From NCBI RefSeq assembly GCF_009914755.1, contig NC_060928.1: a stretch of 64,000 bases of DNA. One strand, written 5' to 3'. This stretch comes from the human T2T-CHM13v2.0 reference genome, Homo sapiens. This document shows, one piece after another, positions 48,323 through 64,000 of the stretch. The notes below the pieces were generated by a model that made no database searches, was not told the origin of the DNA, and saw nothing but the letters and a program-made list of their open reading frames with translations. The position numbers and the translations under genes are program-made. Every line of letters starts with the position of its first letter. Within the stretch, counting starts at the first letter, position 1.

Positions 48323-49285
48323 TGAGCTCCTGAGCTAAAGTGATCCGCCTTCTTTGGCCTCTCAAAATGCTGGGATTAGAAGCGGGAGCCACCACACCCT
48401 GCCCAAACTCAATTTTATATCTATAAAGTTTCATTCTTTTTAAAGATTATCACTGTAATAATATATATCAGAAAACTTAAAAAAATACAAAATTATGAGA
48501 AAGAAGATAAAGATGAAACCACTGTTTATATTTTATTTTCTTAAATGGTTTCCCAAATTACTGTATTTAATTAAGTCAACACCTTAAATCTCTTCTGGAA
48601 TAAGGAAAGCAGGATGGGTAGATAGACCGACACAGATGTGAGGAATTATCTCAATAGTTTCCAAACCTGGCTGATGGTCAGAATTACCTGGTGAGCGTTT
48701 TAAAACTAAATCAGAATCTCTTTGGAGAGGGAGGAGAGGAAAGAAGGAAGCTAGACTCCAGAAAGAGAGAGAGAGCGAGCGAGAGAGGAGTGTGTGTGTG
48801 GTGTGTGTGTTTGGAGTTACCCAGTTGATGGTTTAGAGTTGGCATTTGCAAACTGCTGAGGTAAACAAGTTTGCAGGTGTTGCCACAGAAAATATACAGA
48901 GCTTCCTTGGTGTTCATGGGGATGTAAAAACAAAAAAAAAAGAAAATATAAGGACCAGAATGGTTAAGAACTTAAATTCAACCCCAATAGTGAAGACCAA
49001 ATTAGAATTAAATTATTTTACCAAAAAAGAAAAATTACTTTGTCATATGAAAAATCGTGGCAAGCATACATTTGACGTATTGATAACTGTAATGATACGT
49101 TTGGGTTTTTTTTCAGTCAGTGTTCTTTTATTAGAGAAAGGAGTTTATTGTAATCCTCAATACTGAGAACAGTTTGTCTCTGAAAGTATATGTAGATGAG
49201 CAAACTGCTAAACAAGAAAACAGTCCAGGCGCAGTGGCTCACACCTATAATCCCAGCACTTTGGGAGGCCAAGGTGGGCAGATCA

Positions 49286-49621
<336 letters not shown>

Positions 49622-50109
49622 TCAGGACAGTCACTTACATTTCAGGGACACCAGATTATTCTCTTTTTAATTTTGAGACAGAATCTCACTCTGTCACCCA
49701 GGCTGGAGTACAGTGGTGCCACCGCCGCTCACTGCAGCCTCAACTATGGGCTTGTGCCACCACACTCGGCTAATTTTTGTAGTTTTTGTAGAGACAGGAG
49801 TCTCACTATGTTATCCAGGCTGGTCTCCAAGTCCTGGGCTCAAGTGATACTACTGCCTCTATTTCCCAAAATGCTGGGATTACAGGCGTGAGCCACTGCT
49901 CTTGGCCCAGGGTAGTATTAAAGGAAGATCCCAGACCTCACAGAGGTGAAAATAAGAGAAAAGATGATTAGTCTCCTTTATTGTGGAAGCAGAAGAATGC
50001 CAAGAAATTCTTTAAAAGGCAAGTGGTTGGCCATTAATAATCGCCTGGGCTGGGAGTGCAGTGACTGTGGGACTTTGCATAATTTGAATGTTTATTTTAT
50101 TCTAATATT

Positions 50110-50895
<786 letters not shown>

Positions 50896-51019
50896 AGCCA
50901 GCAAGAAGGCAACAGTTTGTTTTTTAAAAACTAAATGGGGCTGGGCGCGATGGCTCACACCTGTAATCTCAGCACTTTGGGAGGCCCAGGCAGGCAGATC
51001 ACTTCAGGTCAGGAGTTCA

Positions 51020-52080
<1,061 letters not shown>

Positions 52081-52663
52081 ATACATATATATATATTTTT
52101 TTTTTTTTTTTTTTTTGAGGCAGAGTCTTGTTCTGTTGCCCAGGCTGGAGTGCAGTGGCGTGATCTCGGCTCACTGCAACCTCCACCTCCCTGCAACCTC
52201 TGCCTCCTGGGTTCAAGAGATTCTCCTGCCTCAGCCTCCTGAGTAGCTGGGATTACAGGCACATGCCACTACGCCCAGCTAAGTTTTGTATTTTTAGTAG
52301 AGACGGGGTTTCACCATGTTGGTTAGGCTGGTCTTGAACTCCTGACCTCGTGATCCTCCTGCCTCGGCCTCCCAAAGTGCTGGGATTACAGGCATGAGCC
52401 ACCGCACCCGGTCACCAATAATTTTTTGTAAATAAAAAAAAATTTTTTTAAGTAAGCATATCGCTGTTCACCAAACAAAAACACATCAGCTGGTCAGGCA
52501 CAGAGGCTCATGCCTGAAATCCCAGCACTTTGGGAAGTCGAGACGAGTGGATTACTTGAGGTCAGGAGTTCAAGACCAGCCGGGCCAACATGGTGAAACC
52601 TTGTCTCTACTGAAAATACAAAAATTAGCTGGGCATGATGGCTCATGCCTGTAATACCAGCTA

Positions 52664-52834
<171 letters not shown>

Positions 52835-53683
52835 CTAGCTATATGCTAATACTTCCAATTGGCATCACTAGCCAGCATGACTCGCCTGCTCTCCAGACCC
52901 ATATACCCAGCTGCCTATTGCATCTTTCCACTTGGATATCCCCAGGTTCCTCAAACTCAATTTGTGCAAAATGGAGCTGTCTTCCTTGCTGCCTCCTTCA
53001 TTACCCTCACCACAATTGCTTCTCCTCCTGGGTCTTCAATCTCAGTTGAAAGCAGGATATCCACTGTGTTGCTTAAGCTAGAAGTTTAGGAGTCATCTTT
53101 AAATTTCCCCTTCCCCTCGCTTCAGATCCAGTCCATCACGAAGTCATCTTGATCCTACCCTCCAAGCAGCATGGCAATTTTCCACCTCTCTCCTCTGCTT
53201 CAGCTCCATATAGGACAAGCCACCATCAGCTTTATCCTGTGGCCTACAAAAGCGTTCAACCACTGGACCCTGCTTACCTGTCCAGCTCCATCTTCTCTTC
53301 ACTATCTATACTGCAGCCACATCCCCCTTCTTCCAGTTCCGCGAAAGACCAGCCACATTCTTCTGCCTTTCCTCAAGCCTTTCACTCACCTTCTCTCCTC
53401 ACCTGTATCAGTCTTGCTTTTCGTTCAGGTTGCAGCTTTACTGTTAATTTTTATGGGAGAACTTTCCTGACTCATGAATTAGGTAAGAGCCTTCTGTTCC
53501 ATGCTCTTGGAGCACCGCGTACTCCCCTCTCACAAGCTTTGCTCAGCTCACACTGGTGAATTGTCTTTCTTCCTTTCTGCACGATGTTCTGAATAAAGGC
53601 AGAGGTTATGTCTCTTGTTTATCTTATAACCCTGTGTGCCTATCTCATTACCTGCCATATAGTGGGTCCTCAACGTATTTATT

Positions 53684-53808
53684 GTGAAGGAATGAAGCAA
53701 ATAGATCAATGCTGGGGCTCATGAGTAAGTAAAGGAATTAAGCAAATAGATAAAATGCTGGGCTCAGGAGTAAGTGAAGGAATGAAGTGAACAGATCAAT
53801 GCTGGGGC
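53684..53808. repeat. ~45-bp minisatellite, about 2.8 copies
   Basis: GTGAAGGAATGAAGCAAATAGATCAATGCTGGGGCTCA.GAGTAA repeated with a few mismatches. Confidence 0.85.
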
Positions 53809-55233
53809 CCTTGTACCTCAGGACAGTCTTGCTCATCTTGCTCACCTGCTGTATCCCCAAGTGTCTAGGGTACTGCTTGAAACAAAGCAGCCGTTCAATA
53901 AATATTTGCTGAATAAATGAATGGCTGCACATGCCGAATTTCCATCCCAGTAATCTGAGGAGGAATACATTACGCAGTCTGTGATACAGTTACACTGAGA
54001 ACATCCTCTTAATTCTTAATTGACAAAGCAATCCTGAGATCAGAATACACAGGAAGGAAGAAAATATAAACAGAAACACGAAATAATATCTCAGGTCCTT
54101 ACCCATGTTTTATTTACCTTCCCCCAAGTAAATCCATTTTTCACAACTTATTAGAAGACTAGATTTTCTTTCTAAAGGGGTTGAATCAGAGATACTCCAG
54201 ATTTGGGGGCCCCAGACCCAGGTCAGGGAGGGGGAGACACCTAACAGAAAATAGGGAAATTAAGTGAAAAGCTGCAGACTGGATTATATGACCCCAGATA
54301 TATTTCTCCTGATTTGCTCCCAAAAAAACTAGCAGTCAGGCTATTAAGACAGACGGGCAATTGAAGGATCCCCTTTAGGGGAAAGAGGAAGCCCAAGAAA
54401 AAAGCTTGCAGAGTTTGACATTTGGTGATGTCCCCATGAAATGGTGGAGTCCCACCTAATCACGCGAAAGTAATACCTACCAATTATCAGGTCTTTCCCA
54501 TGAGCACGAAGAGGTTTCATTTGGCCTTTCAGTCCTCACTTTGTGTTTGTTTGCTCTTTTGTTTTTGTTTTTTGATACTTTCAACTTTTATTTTAGATTT
54601 GGGGGTACAGGTGCAGGTTTTTACATGGGTATATTGAATGATGCTGAGGTTTGGGGTGCAATTGATCTCACCACCTGGAAAACCACTAAGTGAACATAGT
54701 ACTAACATAGTTACTTTTTCAACCTTCACCCCCTCCCCACCCCCAGTCCCTCACTTATTCAACAGCCAAAGATCACCAGGCATTGGAAGAAATCCTGCCA
54801 ACATCAAAGTGAGAGACCAAAACAAACAAATAAGAAATCAGAACTCAGAACAAACAGGGCCAATTCAGAGAGCAGAAAAAAAAAAAAACTTCAGAGAAAG
54901 TGTAATTAATATCCACAAAAAGACAATAGTAACTATTGCATCAATGAGAAAAGAAAGCTCTGGGAAATTAAATTTTTTGGTACCAGAAATAAGAAATTCA
55001 TAAACAAAAAGACAAAGAGATGAGAAATAGATCAATGTTTTTTTAAAAACATATGTTAAACAGATGTTCATGGCTCACACCTGTAATCCCAGCACTTTGG
55101 GAGACCAAAGCAGGTGGATCACTTAAGGTCTGGAGTTCTAGACCAGCCTGACCAACACGGTGAAACAACATTTCTACTAAAATACAAAACTTAGCTGGGC
55201 ATGGTGGCGGGTGCCTGTAATCTCAGCTACTCA

Positions 55234-55380
<147 letters not shown>

Positions 55381-57129
55381 TCAGTCTTTATTTGTGCTTA
55401 GTAGATGCCTAATATACAGTAGTAGCTGTTATCATCTCACTCAGAAGATAAATTTGCCAATGATCTTTGCACATGAGATTCCTTCTTTTTTTTTTCTTTT
55501 GAGAGACAAAGTCTCACTCTGTCACCCAAGCTGAAGTGCAGTAGTATGGTCATGGTTCATTGCAGCCTAGATATCCTGGGCTCAAGGTATCCTCCCATCT
55601 CAACCTCCTGAGTAGCTGGATCTATAGGCACACACCACCATACCTGGCTAATTTTTTTATTTTTATTTTTGTAGAGATGGGGGCCTTACTATGTTGCCCA
55701 GGCTGGTCTCAAACTCCTGGACTCAAGCAACCTTCCTTCCTAGGCCTCCTGAAGTGTTGGAATTACAGGCATGGGCCACCACACCCAGCCTGAGATTCCT
55801 TCTAATTGAAATACATCTTCTAGGACTAGTTTATTAAAACAAATTTCAAAGTTTCACAGATATTATTTTAGAACATTAAACTTAGATTTGTACATAGCCA
55901 TGAATTTATTCAGCATTTGTAATATACAGTGCAATCGTATTGATTTAAACAGCATTAACAAATGCTGGTATTTGTTACTGGCAACAAATTAGACCAGGAA
56001 GTGGCATTAAAACAAGGATGAGGGGAAAATATGTAATAGATGCTCCTTGGCCAGTGATGATGAAGGCATGTTCAACAGGTTGGCCTCCGATTCATATAAG
56101 TAAGAAGGTCCATTACTAAAATTCAAAATACGCGTTGACTCAGCATTGGCTCAGATTTCAACCCCTCCCGAAAAGTCTTAAAGGGATATTAAGATAAGCT
56201 AGTGTAAACAAGAACACATGGGTAGTAGAAGGCCAACAACAGACACTGGGGCCTGCTTGAGGATGAAGGATGGGAGGAGGGAGAGGATCGGAAAAACTAC
56301 ATATGCTTATTCCCCAGGTGACAAAAATTATCTGTACACCAAACCCATGTGTCACACAGTTTACCTATATAACAAACCTGCACATGTGCCCCTGAAGCTA
56401 AAAGCTTAAAAAATAATAATAAGCTAGTTTTAACATCTAAATATTGTACCAGGCACAGGTTATATTTAGGAGTTAAGTTTCTAAAAAGTCTAAAAAACTA
56501 TTTCTTTCCAGCTTTATACTTATCTAAAAAGACCAAATACGCTAAACCAAAGATGAAATTCAAATTTTTAAAAAACTGATTTTCCTCATATGGAATAGGA
56601 AAAATTGCAAAGTTAAATAATTCTTGGGTTTCTTTTCACTTCTAAGTCCGTTCTACCATAGTAAAATAATAAAATTAATCCTCATATTTAAATTAAAAAA
56701 TTCACAAAACTAACTGAATTTATTAAACAAGAAATCAGGCACACGTGCTTTACAGATAGTTTAATTGTCCAGGAATTGAAGTGTCCTCTACTTCCTCCAT
56801 AGATGGTCCTATTACCTGATCACTGCTCTGCTGGAGGAAAAATCAGTTGCCTGCATAGGCCCCCACATTGATCCAAATTCTAACACTCAACTTGCTTTGG
56901 ATAGAGTTTAGAATTTCTCCCCCTGGGGAAAAGAACTAATATTCTAGTGCAAGACTGAAATTCAAAATACAGACAGTTATTAGAAAACAAACATGGTTAG
57001 GTAATTGTATTTGCTTATGTTGCTTTTCCATTGACTAATGGGTTAGAGCTGAAGAAGCCCTCCATTTGTTTCAATGAAATCTATCATTCACTGATTAAAC
57101 ATGCATTGAGCCAGACACTGTACTTTGCT

Positions 57130-57165
57130 CTACACTTGATCTTAGTTAAAAGGCCGAGAAGCAAT
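57130..57165 (-). pseudogene. 3'-truncated U2 snRNA retrocopy (first ~36 nt)
   Basis: Reverse complement ATTGCTTCTCGGCCTTTTAACTAAGATCAAGTGTAG versus U2 ATCGCTTCTCGGCCTTTTGGCTAAGATCAAGTGTAG (3 mismatches); imperfect TSD GTACTTTGCTCT / GTATTTGGCTCT. Confidence 0.9.
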
Positions 57166-58908
57166 CGTATTTGGCTCTAATAGTAACATGATGGAAAGAA
57201 AGACCATCAAGTAGTTGATGGTCAAGCCGCTTTAATGTAGGCATAGGCAGAACCTCATGTTGTTCAAAGCTTTATTTAAATAAAAAAGAATGTGAACAAT
57301 GGTTCTTTCTGAGCCTTGCTATGAAGTGGTGTGGAAAAGTCCAGTGAGTAATCCCTACTGCTCATGACAAGTGCAAAGTTCTATTTGCTGCTTTAATGTC
57401 AACACAGTTTTTTTCTGAGATTTCTGGAAGTTCTGCAACTTAAGGGTTAAAGGTAGAGACCCTAGGGTTCAACAGGCCAGGGTCCAAATCCCTGCTCTGA
57501 GAACTGTAGCTTGGCCTTGGGGAAGATACTTTGTACCTCTGAACCTCACTAATTTATGAAGGTTAGATTTGGCAACATGTGACAGCCAGCTGAAATCAAC
57601 AGTGACTGAAATACACCAGGACTTAACACATTCCCATTAAAGAAGTGTGGACTTGCTGTCCTGGACTTGTATAGAATGTCCATGAAGCCACTATGGACCC
57701 AGGCTCCCTCCCCTGTCTACTCCACCATCCCTAGGGTGTGGCTTTGTCTTCACAGCCCAAGATGGCTCCGGAAGCTCCATCCACTGCATCTACATTCTAC
57801 TACATCTGCATTCTACTACATCTGCATTCTACAGGCGGCAGGATGATGGAAAGGCCTGAAACATTGGTTTCTGACCCCTTCCTTATAGCAAAATGCCAGG
57901 TACTAAATGCAAACCCTTTTGGTCATTCATTCAACAAATATTTGTTGAGCACCTACTATGTGCCAGTGGCAATAGGAGGCACTAGAAATACAATGGTGAA
58001 TAAGATAGACAGCGTTCCTGTCCTCATGGGCCACAGGGTATTGGAAGAGCCATAAGAATGATTTAATTGGCATGGCAATAAGCCCTGTGGAAAAAAAAAT
58101 TGAGAGGTTAAAAATCATAGACGCAGAGGACCTGATCTAGGTGCAGACGTCAAGAAAATGTTTCTTTGGGGAACTAAATTTGTGCTTGGACCTGTGAGAT
58201 GAGTAGTAATTACTACATAGGCAGAAATTGCTTGTTGCCTAGACAATATCCACACACACTCTCTCTCTCTCTGTCCTCCTACCACTGTCCCCCACATCCT
58301 AGACAAAGCCTTGCTCTCGTTGCCCATGCTGGAGTTCAGTGATGCAATCATAGCTCACTGCATCCTTGAACTCCTGGGCTCAGGTGATCCTCCCACCTCG
58401 GCCTCCCAAAGTGCTGGGATTACGGGCATGAGCCACTGCACCTAGCCGAGACTTTCTTTCTTTGCCAGTTTTAGAACCCAGATTTCATTCAGGATAGCAG
58501 CCCTCCTTCCAGACAGGGCTGGCCAGTGGAATGTAGGTGGAAGTTGTTGAAAAGTGTCCTTGAAAGGGAGTGACTCAACTAGGTGGGTGCCATTGGTCTT
58601 TCCCCTTCCTCCTGCCTAGCTGACACTGCAGCAACCACAGACCTTGAGGATGGAAACTATACACCGAATGTTGGGAAAGGCAGCCTCATTCACACAGCCC
58701 TTTGACCCCCTCCTTAGCCACATAAGAATGAGCCTGGGGCCAGCACCATGGCTCACGCCTGTAATCCTAGCACTTTGGGAAGTCAAGGCAGGTGGATCAC
58801 CTGAGGTCAGGGGTTCGGAACAAGCTTGGCCAACATGGCAAAGCCCCATCTCTACTAAAAATACAAAAATTAGCCAGGCATGATGGCGCATGCCTGTAAT
58901 TGCAGCTA

Positions 58909-64000
<5,092 letters not shown>

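Overview
This is mammalian (human-like, Alu-rich) genomic DNA matching the 4p15.32 QDPR-CLRN2 locus. The minus strand carries coding exons 1-3 of QDPR (dihydropteridine reductase) with a CpG-island promoter near 9.3-10.1 kb; the rest of the gene lies left of the window. Head-to-head with it, the complete three-exon CLRN2 gene (clarin-2, 232 aa) spans 13017-24831 on the plus strand. The remaining ~39 kb is intergenic. It holds a processed NACA pseudogene, a full-length U13 snoRNA retrocopy, a 3'-truncated U2 snRNA retrocopy, about 50 Alu copies or fragments (one AluYg6-type), solo LTRs, DNA-transposon remnants and a degenerate ERV-L-class provirus at the right end. Most other ORFs in the supplied track are Alu or repeat artefacts. 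I see no convincing undescribed biological system. The most unusual signals are several locally templated insertions or duplications, stacked uORFs ahead of the CLRN2 start codon, and nested retroposition events. All identifications are by eye and from recall of known sequences; no database searches were run.
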